Positions 1-8,265 of a stretch of DNA of 64,000 bases are shown in pieces. The translations under genes were made by a program, and so were the position numbers. The notes below the pieces were generated by a model that was not told where the DNA came from, did not search any database, and was given only the letters and a program-made list of their open reading frames with translations. The DNA comes from a virus. The stretch lies in IMG/VR virus record IMGVR_UViG_3300047496_000053, positions 7,305-71,304 of that record. One strand, written 5' to 3'. Position 1 is the stretch's first letter, and each line of letters opens with the position of its first letter.

Positions 1-1
1 T

Positions 2-628
2 GACCGCGTTGTCGGGGCCCTCCGTGATCGCCGCGTAGCCATAAATGACCGCCGTGAGCATACCGGCGAAGCCATCGTTCGCTTCTTGGATGTTGCCCGA
101 AAGCAACGCAACCGGCAGCACGATTCCCGTGCCAGATACCGAGTCATTGCCCTCCGTGGCCGCGCCGACAAGGTTGGCGGTCAGGAAGATGTTGCCGGTA
201 ACCAGATCCGGGGCCTCACCAGCGACCGCGGCGCCCGAGCTTACGAGCGAGCCCGCGGCCGTGACCGAATCCCTACCCTCCGTCGGATTGCCGGTTGCGA
301 TGTAGGTCGCGCCAGACACGCCGCCGAGAGCGACGATGGTGTCGGCCGATTCAATGATCGCGCCGGAAGCCAGCGTGCCGCTGCCACCAAATCCGCTCGA
401 TCCGTCCGCGCCTTCCAGGATCGCGCCGATCGCGCTCACCCCGAGGAAGCCCGTTGCGACAACGATGTCGAAGCCGTCAAGTACCGAGGTCGAGCCGGTG
501 CCGACAATGCCGCCCGCGGCGGCTATGAGGTCATTGCCCTCCGTGAGAGCGGTCGAGCCGCTTTCGCCGGTAGGCCCGCCAGCCTGGAAGCCGACTGGTT
601 GAAAGCCGCCTCCAGATTGAAAGGCCAC
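2..628 (-). CDS. N-terminal part of a repetitive Gly/Ala/Thr-rich putative virion protein; runs off the window
   Basis: GTG at 628 after GGAG; open frame MAFQSGGGFQPVGFQAGG... with recurring ~25-aa TEGxD/EGxD units; missing from the ORF track because no stop lies in the window. Confidence 0.7.
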   Translation of the reverse strand, partial: MAFQSGGGFQPVGFQAGGPTGESGSTALTEGNDLIAAAGGIVGTGSTSVLDGFDIVVATGFLGVSAIGAILEGADGSSGFGGSGTLASGAIIESADTIVALGGVSGATYIATGNPTEGRDSVTAAGSLVSSGAAVAGEAPDLVTGNIFLTANLVGAATEGNDSVSGTGIVLPVALLSGNIQEANDGFAGMLTAVIYGYAAITEGPDNAV

Positions 629-644
629 GGTTTACTCCCGATGG

Positions 645-1235
645 TTATCCGCGACGAGTGAGGGTAACGTGTAGATCGTTGGCTGTATTGCTGTAATGCT
701 TCAGAGCGAATTGCTGGAATTCGATGTTGCGAACTTGGATGTCATTGTCCAGTTGGAAACCGTAGCTGAAATCGAAATCGCAGTTCATCGAATAGGCTCC
801 GTGCGTGAGCTTGTTCTGTTCGCGCCAGCCCTTGTTGAAGTACAGGAACGACGACTCACAGATCGGTGGCCATTCGTGCGTGAAATCCTGGACCGCGCGC
901 ATCGAGTTGTAGTGCGGCACGATCACGACAAGCTGACCGCCGACCTTCAGGCACCGGAAGCATTCGTCCATGAACGGCACGCGCCTCATCGCTGGAACGT
1001 GCTCGAAGAAATGCGAGCATGAAAACATGGCAACCGATCCGGTCTCGATGGGCCACGGGAACTCGAACAGATCAAAGGTGTAATCGGTCGAGTCGGTCTT
1101 GAACTTGTCGACGCCGAGCCAATCCCCATCCTTGCGCTTGTTGTCCCCGCAACCCAGGTCAATGCGCAGGTCCGTTCCCGAAATCAGCGCTGGCCGCACT
1201 TCCATCTTCGCAACATTCTTCATTGGTTTCCCCAT
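645..1235 (-). CDS. Class I SAM-dependent methyltransferase-like protein
   Basis: IDLGCG motif I, GVD, SHFFEH, ECFRCLKVGG; TGATG overlap with the upstream glycosyltransferase. Confidence 0.8.
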   Translation of the reverse strand: MGKPMKNVAKMEVRPALISGTDLRIDLGCGDNKRKDGDWLGVDKFKTDSTDYTFDLFEFPWPIETGSVAMFSCSHFFEHVPAMRRVPFMDECFRCLKVGGQLVVIVPHYNSMRAVQDFTHEWPPICESSFLYFNKGWREQNKLTHGAYSMNCDFDFSYGFQLDNDIQVRNIEFQQFALKHYSNTANDLHVTLTRRG

Positions 1236-1957
1236 CACCACGTCATATCGTTGGCAAGGTCGTAATGCCCCACCTTTATCGAACAGTCGATCGCGCACCG
1301 ATAGCCGTGCTTCTTGGCATCGGTCCAAAAATATAGGTCTTGCGTGCCGAGACCCTCCGACGCGCTGGCCACAGTTCGGAACCACGGCTTGCGCAAGCGG
1401 TGGTCCTTGAACATATCGAGCCGGAAAACATTGAAGCCCATGCCCGTCCCGTTGGTCTCAACCAATCCACCGGCCGGATCGGGAAGGATCGGCTTGAAAT
1501 TGATCGGGTGTTCATTGGGATTGCCCCAAATCTGCGCGCAGCCGCCTTCGCCCTTCGTGAAGTAGAGCCCGCCGATGCACGCATATTCGGGGTGGTCTTC
1601 CATGCGCGCGAGCAAGTTCACCAGCCCATCGGGCGGCGGCACATTGTCGTGCTCCAGAGTCAAGATGTACTTGAACTTCGACAGGTCCGGGTGGGCAAGG
1701 ATCGACTCGATGCAGCGCGAATACGCATCCCCGACTTCCATCCCGATGGCGAAGAGGCGCACCAGCTTTTGATTTGGTGCGCCGAATAGGTTGAGCCATG
1801 ACGCAACAGCCTTCGTCGGCACCTGCCCAAATGCCGGGACGATGACGATGGTGGACAGATCACGGTATGACGCAGATTTTTCCAAGCGGCTCACCGTGGC
1901 TTCGAGGTTGGCATTGTGCCGACCCGCGTCATAGCTGCTAACGATTTGTGGCTGCAT
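1235..1957 (-). CDS. Glycosyltransferase, GT-A fold (GT2-like)
   Basis: TIVIVP N-terminal strand, LTLEHD (DxD-like), GGLYF, GTGMGF, TQDLYF, VGH motifs. Confidence 0.75.
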   Translation of the reverse strand: MQPQIVSSYDAGRHNANLEATVSRLEKSASYRDLSTIVIVPAFGQVPTKAVASWLNLFGAPNQKLVRLFAIGMEVGDAYSRCIESILAHPDLSKFKYILTLEHDNVPPPDGLVNLLARMEDHPEYACIGGLYFTKGEGGCAQIWGNPNEHPINFKPILPDPAGGLVETNGTGMGFNVFRLDMFKDHRLRKPWFRTVASASEGLGTQDLYFWTDAKKHGYRCAIDCSIKVGHYDLANDMTW

Positions 1958-1959
1958 TT

Positions 1960-2637
1960 TCAGATCCAAGCGATAGTGGCGGTTGGAGCAACCGCTGGCT
2001 TCATTGTAACGACGATCCCACATGCGTTTGCGCTGTTGCCCCAAGTGCTCGTCGCGGCGCTTGTCTCGGTAGCGGAAACAATTTTGTACCCGTAGGTCAG
2101 CCAACTCGGGCCAGATGTCGATGTGTTGAACCATGCGGTATATCCGGTGCTCGGTGGACCGAACCCCGTACCAGATGTGCTTCCCGAAGTAAATCCCGCG
2201 AGCACCAAATCGAAAGCGTTGGTGTTGGCACCCGAGGCAGTGACGGACAATGAATTAACTGCATTCGATTGCGCAACGCCCGTTTGATCGATCGCATTGA
2301 TTCCGGTCGCCTCCATCCCGCCCATGCCGGAATTCGATCCGCTCAGTGTTCCAGAATTGGTCGCGGTTACGGTGAACGTGCCGCTTGTGTTTCCAATTGA
2401 TGAGCACCACCAAAATTCTGCGTCGCCGCCACCGCCTATGGTTGTTTCATTCCCCAATTTGACGTAAATGTTTCCGACGCCTTGATTGTCGGTTACGCCT
2501 GTCACGACGCCGACAGCCGAAAGCACCAGTGAAATTCCAATGATTACGGAATTCCCGGCGCCAGGAAGCGTCGGAAAACTGTAGCTCAGCGAACTCAACG
2601 CCACCGCGCCGCTCTTTTGGATTACGGATATCGACAT
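1960..2637 (-). CDS. Ser/Thr/Gly-rich putative virion surface protein
   Basis: 225-aa beta-rich ORF with a two-repeat pattern; ends IAWI like its neighbour. Confidence 0.6.
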   Translation of the reverse strand: MSISVIQKSGAVALSSLSYSFPTLPGAGNSVIIGISLVLSAVGVVTGVTDNQGVGNIYVKLGNETTIGGGGDAEFWWCSSIGNTSGTFTVTATNSGTLSGSNSGMGGMEATGINAIDQTGVAQSNAVNSLSVTASGANTNAFDLVLAGFTSGSTSGTGFGPPSTGYTAWFNTSTSGPSWLTYGYKIVSATETSAATSTWGNSANACGIVVTMKPAVAPTATIAWI

Positions 2638-2656
2638 CTTGGATTTCCGGTGATTT

Positions 2657-3298
2657 TTATACTAGCCAAGCGACAGGGATTCCGCTGATCGGCGTAACTG
2701 AAAATGTGAAACCCTGAAAATTTGTATTCGTCGAAGCACCCGCCGTCGGGTTGATCGTGCCAGCCGCGGTCTGTTGAAAATACTGCAAAAAATTTCCTGA
2801 AGAATTTCCTGTCGCAAGCGTGATAGTGGTGAATGCGTTCGGGCTCGTTCCCGCAGTTGCCAATGCGCTTCCAGACCCAAGTATTAAAGAGAAGACGGTA
2901 TCAGCACCATTGGTCGTAATGGCCCCGGATGCGAGTATGTTCGTGCCGATGCCGAGCGAGGAATTGAGAAACGTGTTCGAGCCGTCGTACGTCGAGGCAG
3001 TGACGTAGAAGCCGAGCGTGTAATAGATCGTCGCGCCGCCAGCCGTTATGGTTATCGTGTGGGTTCCAGCCGAAGCATTGTCCAGTTTCCAAAGCGTCGG
3101 ATAAAGGCCAGTTGCCGCCCAATTCGGCGCGCTCTGCAAAAGAGTAAACGCTCCATTGATGTTTGAGGAAACGCTACTCGCTGGCGGGTTTTGACCGTCG
3201 GTATGAACGAAGATGCAAGAGGTCGACGGAACCACGATTGTGAGAGTTGTCGATGCCGAGCCGCCAGGGCTCCCTTCTACCGGAGTTCCAATTGACAT
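2657..3298 (-). CDS. Ser/Thr/Gly-rich putative virion surface protein
   Basis: 213-aa ORF with the same composition; ends VAWLV. Confidence 0.6.
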   Translation of the reverse strand: MSIGTPVEGSPGGSASTTLTIVVPSTSCIFVHTDGQNPPASSVSSNINGAFTLLQSAPNWAATGLYPTLWKLDNASAGTHTITITAGGATIYYTLGFYVTASTYDGSNTFLNSSLGIGTNILASGAITTNGADTVFSLILGSGSALATAGTSPNAFTTITLATGNSSGNFLQYFQQTAAGTINPTAGASTNTNFQGFTFSVTPISGIPVAWLV

Positions 3299-3307
3299 CG
3301 ACAGCCT

Positions 3308-5566
3308 CTACTGGTTGCGCATCACAAGCGCGATATTCGCTTGGGACAGGCTCGCTCCGGTTTGCGCAATGGCAAACAGGGAAACCGCGCCGGGCAAGCC
3401 CGCGGTGACCGCGGTGTAGACGCCCATCCCGCCATACAGGTTCGTGCTCGAAGCCGTCTGCGCGGTGAATTCAGCGTAGTTCACCGAGGTCTGGATCAAG
3501 CTGCCGCCAATCATCAAAAGCGTCTGCCCGAGACTTGTTGTGGCCGTGCCGATGCTGGTCGCCGCCGTCGAGAAGTTGAAGCCCAGGAAGTATTCCCCCG
3601 GGGTCATGTTGATGTTGATGGGCACCGACATCGGGCGGATTGCATTGGTGAGAAGCTGCGTTTGCCCGGCGCTGTTCGAAGCGTAGGTATAGGTCGTTTG
3701 CGTGGAACCGCTGGACACCGACGATAGCGTGGAGCCCGTCTTCGTGTAAATCCCGGCCCATGCCGACACCGCAATGCCCATCGTGGCCGCGGTCGCCGAC
3801 GAAGCGGCCTGCCATTCGACCAGGGCGTCCATGCGGCTAGCCAGCACGTTCTGATCGACCAGCGCGTACTGGATCGACATCGTGCCAAGCCCGGGCGCCG
3901 AAATCGCCTGAAGCTGGTTGCCGACCGGGATGATGAGGCGAGTCTGAACCGGCAGATAGCTCACGCTGATGGTGCTGCCGTTCGTGCTCAGGGTGATGCC
4001 GTTCACGCCGACCAGACTCGAAGTCTGCGGGGCCGATAGCAAGATCGAGCTTCCGGAGAATCCGCCCGAGAGCGCGCCGCCGAGGGTCATGGAAAGAGAG
4101 CGAGCATCCATGGTCGTGCTCGAACTCTGGCCGGTCGTCTGGTTGACCGCGTACCAGCCGAGGGTCTGATTCGATTGGTTGAAACTCGCGCTGGCCGTGA
4201 CGACGTTCGATCCCGACATCCCGAACGACACGTTGTTGGAGTTTGAGAAGGCCACCGTGCCGGTGCTCACCGATTGGGTGCCCGCCGAGAGCGCCACGCC
4301 GCCGCCCCCGCCCGCGCCGCCAATGATCGAAATCGTGCCCGCGCCGCCCGCGCCGGTCGTCTGGCTCAAAGTGATATTGTTTCCACCGACGAATACCAGG
4401 GACGAGGCCACGAGGCCCGTGGCCCCGGCCGTATTGCCGCCCGTGCTCACTCCGGCCGAAGCGAACGGCCCGCCGCCGCCCGACAGAACGATCGAGCCAT
4501 TGCTGATGCCCACGGAAACGCCCCCGACGCCATTGATCGACAGGGAGCGTCCATCCAGGGTTCCGGAAGACGATTGCGTGGTGTTGCCCAAGGCGTACCA
4601 GGACAGCGGACCGGCGCCGATGCTGACCGTGCTGCCGTTGGTCGAAATGCTCATGAAACCAGTGGCCGACATGCTAGATGTGGCCGGAACCGAAATCGTG
4701 AAGGCGTTGCCGGTCTGCGAGCCGATCGTGATCGCGCCGCCGCCAGCCGATAAGGCGACGGTCCCGCTCGAATAGGTCGTCTGGCTATTGGCCAGGGCCA
4801 CCCCGCCACCACCGCCGCCACCGCCAGCGGCGATCGAAATCGTCATCGACCCGGCGTTAGTGCTGCCAGAGAGCGTGACATTCGCGCCGCCAGCCAGGAC
4901 AAGCTGATTGCTGGCGATCCCCGTCGTGCCAGCCGTATTCCCGCCTGTCGACATGCCCGCGGACAGCGGGTTCAGGGTTGCAGGCGCGGGAGCCGAAACG
5001 ATGAGCGACCCGGCCGACATTCCCACCGAAATGATGCCCGAGCCATAGACCGTCAGCGAGCGCGCGTCGACGGTCGTCGAAGATGATACGCCGGTCGTGT
5101 TCCCGCTGGCGTAAAGGCCGACCGATTGGTTCGATTGGGTCGCGGTCCCGGTATTGGCCGCGCTGATGGTGATGCTGTTGCCCGATTGCGAAAGGGTGAT
5201 GTTGTTTCCACCCGCGAACAGGGCAGTGCCCGACGAAATGAGCGCCAGGGTTCCGGTCGTGTTGCCCCCGAGCGATAGCTGATTTCCGCCCCCGGCCACA
5301 ATGCTCAGCGTGCCCCCGGAGCCCGCCGTCGACATATTGAGCGTGACATTGTTGCCGCCCGCGAGCACGAGGTTCGTGCCCAGGAACGTCGACACCCCCG
5401 CGGTGTTGCCCGTGATCGTGGCCAATTCCTGATGGACGCTATTCCAGTCGGACGGACGTACGTTGTCCGAACCGGCCATCGTCGTCGAGACACCGGCCGA
5501 ATTGAAGACAGTGATCGTGCCCGCAAAATCGGTGTTGGTATTCGACTTGACGTGAGAAATAGCCAC
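3308..5566 (-). CDS. Long repetitive fibre-like virion protein, paralog of 57470-60661
   Basis: 752 aa; repeats LVLAGGNNITLS and FSNSNNVSFG; C-terminal domain closely resembles that of 57470-60661. Confidence 0.7.
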   Translation of the reverse strand: MAISHVKSNTNTDFAGTITVFNSAGVSTTMAGSDNVRPSDWNSVHQELATITGNTAGVSTFLGTNLVLAGGNNVTLNMSTAGSGGTLSIVAGGGNQLSLGGNTTGTLALISSGTALFAGGNNITLSQSGNSITISAANTGTATQSNQSVGLYASGNTTGVSSSTTVDARSLTVYGSGIISVGMSAGSLIVSAPAPATLNPLSAGMSTGGNTAGTTGIASNQLVLAGGANVTLSGSTNAGSMTISIAAGGGGGGGGVALANSQTTYSSGTVALSAGGGAITIGSQTGNAFTISVPATSSMSATGFMSISTNGSTVSIGAGPLSWYALGNTTQSSSGTLDGRSLSINGVGGVSVGISNGSIVLSGGGGPFASAGVSTGGNTAGATGLVASSLVFVGGNNITLSQTTGAGGAGTISIIGGAGGGGGVALSAGTQSVSTGTVAFSNSNNVSFGMSGSNVVTASASFNQSNQTLGWYAVNQTTGQSSSTTMDARSLSMTLGGALSGGFSGSSILLSAPQTSSLVGVNGITLSTNGSTISVSYLPVQTRLIIPVGNQLQAISAPGLGTMSIQYALVDQNVLASRMDALVEWQAASSATAATMGIAVSAWAGIYTKTGSTLSSVSSGSTQTTYTYASNSAGQTQLLTNAIRPMSVPININMTPGEYFLGFNFSTAATSIGTATTSLGQTLLMIGGSLIQTSVNYAEFTAQTASSTNLYGGMGVYTAVTAGLPGAVSLFAIAQTGASLSQANIALVMRNQ

Positions 5567-5578
5567 GAAGACCCCCGT

Positions 5579-6256
5579 TTACGCGCCGGTCGCGGTGATG
5601 GCCATGGCCGAAACGGAGACCGTCTGGCCGCTGGAAATCGCAGTGCTGTTCAGGGTGAGGTCGCCGCCGAAGGTGATGGTGGCCGCATTGGCGACACCGG
5701 CCGTCGACGTGTAGCTCAGGGTGACCGTGGTGCTGGACGTGGCCACGACGGTCGCGTTGGTCGGAACGCCAGTGCCGGAAACGGTCATGCCGACGGCGAC
5801 GCCAGTCGTCGAGGCAAAGTTCAGGACATTGCCGTTCGCCGCGGTCAGGGCGTTCGTCGTCAGCGAGAGCGACGGGAAGATGGTGCCTTGAGCCACAACG
5901 GTCGTGCCGCCCGAGGTCGTCGCGAGGCGCCAATAACCGGCCGTGCCGGTCGCCGCCGCCGTTGTGTTGGTGATCGAATTGGCCGTCAGGACGCCGAGCG
6001 ATACCGATCCGAACGGATTCGAGCACGACAGGGTAGCCAGTAGCGTACCGCTCGCCGCCGTCGCACAGTTGGCAGGCACGGAGCCGGTGTAGATCAAGAG
6101 GAATGGAGTCGTCCCGAGGTCGGTGACAATATCCGTCATATTGTTGGTGCGGTGCGTCGTCGAATACTGGATGAGCATCTGTACGGCGCCGAACTGAACC
6201 AGGAAGGAAAAGAGAGCATCGTGAAGGGACTCGAACAACCAGCGCAGGATTCTCAT
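5579..6256 (-). CDS. Putative virion structural protein, probable first gene of the late operon
   Basis: GAAAGG RBS; LLIYTGSVP...GTAGYWR...DLTLNSTAISSGQTVSV resembles a common phage structural family. Confidence 0.6.
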   Translation of the reverse strand: MRILRWLFESLHDALFSFLVQFGAVQMLIQYSTTHRTNNMTDIVTDLGTTPFLLIYTGSVPANCATAASGTLLATLSCSNPFGSVSLGVLTANSITNTTAAATGTAGYWRLATTSGGTTVVAQGTIFPSLSLTTNALTAANGNVLNFASTTGVAVGMTVSGTGVPTNATVVATSSTTVTLSYTSTAGVANAATITFGGDLTLNSTAISSGQTVSVSAMAITATGA

Positions 6257-6275
6257 GGCGACCTTTCGGGGCAAC

Positions 6276-6296
6276 AAAAAAGCCGCGGGCGCGGCT
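6276..6296 (-). terminator. Intrinsic terminator-like hairpin
   Basis: AGCCGC-GCCC-GCGGCT followed by a T-tract on the minus strand. Confidence 0.5.
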
Positions 6297-6315
6297 ATGG
6301 GATTAGTATGGACGT

Positions 6316-6340
6316 AAAAAAGCCCGCGGTGAGGCGGGCT
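6316..6340 (-). terminator. Intrinsic terminator
   Basis: AGCCCGC-CTCACC-GCGGGCT followed by a T-tract on the minus strand. Confidence 0.65.
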
Positions 6341-6379
6341 TAGTCGGGCTCCGGGGGCGGTAACCCTCAAACTACAGAA

Positions 6380-6409
6380 ATACTACCGTGCATCCGCCAA
6401 CTTAGGCAA
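6380..6409 (-). promoter_or_regulatory. Putative late promoter
   Basis: TTGCCT-18-TAGTAT, with a -10-like repeat TAGTTT 11 nt downstream. Confidence 0.4.
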
Positions 6410-6432
6410 ATGTGTTTATGTGGAACACCGGG

Positions 6433-6505
6433 TAGCGGGGGAAGGATTCGAACCGTCAACCTCCGAGGAATGAGCCCGGCACTCTGCCAATTGAGCTACC
6501 CCGCA
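6433..6505 (-). tRNA. tRNA-Met(CAT), initiator-like, degenerate
   Basis: Cloverleaf: GCGGGG/CCCCGC acceptor with 1:72 mismatch, TAGCTCAATTGGCAGAG D arm, CCGGG-CTCATTC-CTCGG anticodon arm, GGTTCGAATCC T loop; no encoded CCA. Confidence 0.7.
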
Positions 6506-6509
6506 AATT

Positions 6510-7913
6510 TCACGCCGCTTGCTGCGATTGATTGCTATCGTCGACATTTTCGCAAGCCATGATGTAATTTATCACGGCCTCCGACCATCCGTCGATATGC
6601 GTCCAGTTCGGCTTGTACCCGATCCCGTTGCGTTCCACCGAAATGTTGATGAGGTAGTTGTGGGTCGCGAACGCCGGGGCCTCGGAAGCCTTGCGCGCGA
6701 GGTCACAATCGGCCTCGTCGGTGATGACGATAATCCGGTCCGCGGTCTTCTCGCGATCCCGCACCCACGTCAGGCATTGGTGCAGGAAGATCCCGCCGCC
6801 GCCGATCTTGCCCGCGAGCCCATTGTTGGCCACGAGGTCGACCAGCGCCATCCCTCGGCGCGCGGGCATTTCCATGGTGGCGTGCACGCGGCGCGCGTCG
6901 TTCCCGGCCGTGGCGTAGATCCGCGGGTCTTCGCACACTTCCCGCGCGATCGCCGCCAGAGCGCCCGCGGCCTCGATCCGGCGCATATCCGACTTGGCCG
7001 AGATATTGCCGGTCCGGTACATCGAGCCAGACGTGTCCACAATGAGGATCGTCTTGCCCGGCAGTTTGGGCGCTTGCTCGGCGCAGCGCAGGAACATCGC
7101 ATCGCAGATGTCTTCCCACATCGGCACCGCGCGCGCCGCCGCCACAAAGCGGAACGGCAGCACGCGGCTCAGGTTTACATGCTGCGCGTAATCGATCACC
7201 CGGTACTTTTCTACCCCGGCGTCGTGCATGTTCCGCAGGTTGCGCAGGAAAGCCAGCCCGCCGAGCTTGTTTTCTTCCATCAGCCGGGTCCAGGTTTCCT
7301 TCTTTTCCTTACCGCCCGACAGCGAGACTTCCCAAGTGTCGGGAGTCTCCAGGGTGCCTTCGGCCAGTTGCTTGAAGGTCTGCGCTTGCAGATCGTTCAT
7401 CGGCCGGGCGTGCGCCAGGAAAAGCACGTCGCGCAGGCGCACGTCGGCGTCGCGGTTCCACTTGGCCAGATCGAAAGCGCTGAACTTCTTGATCGCGCGC
7501 GCGAGCCCAACCTTTAGTTGCGCGGTCAGCGGGGACTTCGGGTTGTCCTTCCAGTAGATCGCCAGCAATTCGGCGCACTCGTCCGCGCGCTGGATAACGC
7601 GCGCGATAAGGTCGCCCATCTGACGCCCCTTGTGGGTACGCAGTAGCTCGCGGGTCAGCAAGAGGGGAACGTGGCGCAGGTGCATCTTCTCGCGCGCCTC
7701 GATCGCGAGGTCGGCGACCACCTGGAACGGCAGCTTGGCCACTATATCGGCGATCCGCTTGGCAATCGCCTCGCCCGACTCGTAGAAGGAGTCTTCCCAC
7801 AACATGCAGGTGAGCACCGAGCGGCGCAGTTGCAATTCGTGGTTCACGCGGACGGCGGGAGCCCCGGCAGCGGTGTAAAGCGGCTCGGGGATGCTCTTGT
7901 TATTCGTACGCAT
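6510..7913 (-). CDS. rsr: Ro60-related TROVE/vWA RNA-binding protein
   Basis: LRRSVLTCMLWEDSFYESG, IQRADE, LRDVLFLAH, PDTWEVSLS, LRNLRN, LPFRF, vWA MIDAS VDTSGSM, ITDE, IDGWSE. Confidence 0.9.
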   Translation of the reverse strand: MRTNNKSIPEPLYTAAGAPAVRVNHELQLRRSVLTCMLWEDSFYESGEAIAKRIADIVAKLPFQVVADLAIEAREKMHLRHVPLLLTRELLRTHKGRQMGDLIARVIQRADECAELLAIYWKDNPKSPLTAQLKVGLARAIKKFSAFDLAKWNRDADVRLRDVLFLAHARPMNDLQAQTFKQLAEGTLETPDTWEVSLSGGKEKKETWTRLMEENKLGGLAFLRNLRNMHDAGVEKYRVIDYAQHVNLSRVLPFRFVAAARAVPMWEDICDAMFLRCAEQAPKLPGKTILIVDTSGSMYRTGNISAKSDMRRIEAAGALAAIAREVCEDPRIYATAGNDARRVHATMEMPARRGMALVDLVANNGLAGKIGGGGIFLHQCLTWVRDREKTADRIIVITDEADCDLARKASEAPAFATHNYLINISVERNGIGYKPNWTHIDGWSEAVINYIMACENVDDSNQSQQAA

Positions 7914-7931
7914 AGCATTTCCAATCACAAA

Positions 7932-7991
7932 GGGGGAACCAGCGAACACGGGCGGTTCATTTAGCTGATGAACCCGTGGTCTACACCACCC
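7932..7991 (-). ncRNA. Short Y-RNA-like RNA (YrlB-like), no tRNA domain
   Basis: GGGUGG-UGUA-GACCACGG pairs with CCGUGUUC-GCUGGUU-CCCCC, the same internal-loop stem as the adjacent YrlA; apical GUUCAU/AUGAAC hairpin. Confidence 0.65.
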
Positions 7992-7997
7992 ACAAAA

Positions 7998-8130
7998 CCT
8001 TGCCGGAACAAGCGATCACGAAATTGCTCTAACCGCTGAGCCACGAGGCGATTTTAACTGCCCCGACGGGAATCGAACCCGCGATCACCCTTTTAAATGG
8101 AGAAGAAATCGTAATCTACGCCAAGCACGG
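7998..8130 (-). ncRNA. yrlA: YrlA-like Y RNA (permuted tRNA mimic)
   Basis: Ro-binding stem GGCGUAG/GCUUG with 8-bp GAUUACGA/UCGUGAUC; T arm GCGGG-UUCGAUU-CCCGU precedes a closed acceptor-like stem CGGGGC/GCCUCG and D arm UGGCUCAGCGGUUAGAGC; directly upstream of rsr. Confidence 0.85.
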
Positions 8131-8135
8131 ATCGC

Positions 8136-8164
8136 ACTCTACACAAGCGTTTTGCAACTGTCAA
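8136..8164 (-). promoter_or_regulatory. sigma70-type promoter for the Y RNA/rsr unit
   Basis: TTGACA-17-TAGAGT; CGTACGGTACG box at 8166-8176 abuts the -35. Confidence 0.7.
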
Positions 8165-8214
8165 GCGTACGGTACGACATTCTCGCCTCGTCCCGCTTTC
8201 GCGACACCGAAAAG

Positions 8215-8239
8215 AAAAACCCCGGGACGAAGCCCGGGG
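8215..8239 (-). terminator. Intrinsic terminator
   Basis: CCCCGGG-CTTCGT-CCCGGGG followed by TTTTTCTTTT. Confidence 0.7.
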
Positions 8240-8265
8240 TATGCGGTGGCTCGGTAGGCGCGCGA

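Noticed and set aside
6519-7517. Long antisense ORFs (also 20590-21903, 25837-26841, 45766-46806, 51937-53643)
   Set aside because: These are shadow frames of GC-rich genes, with no motifs or RBS.
7914-7949. ORF-track N-terminal extension of the TROVE gene, and ORFs across 8093-8250
   Set aside because: They overlap the Y RNA structures, promoter and terminator; ATG 7913 is the better start.
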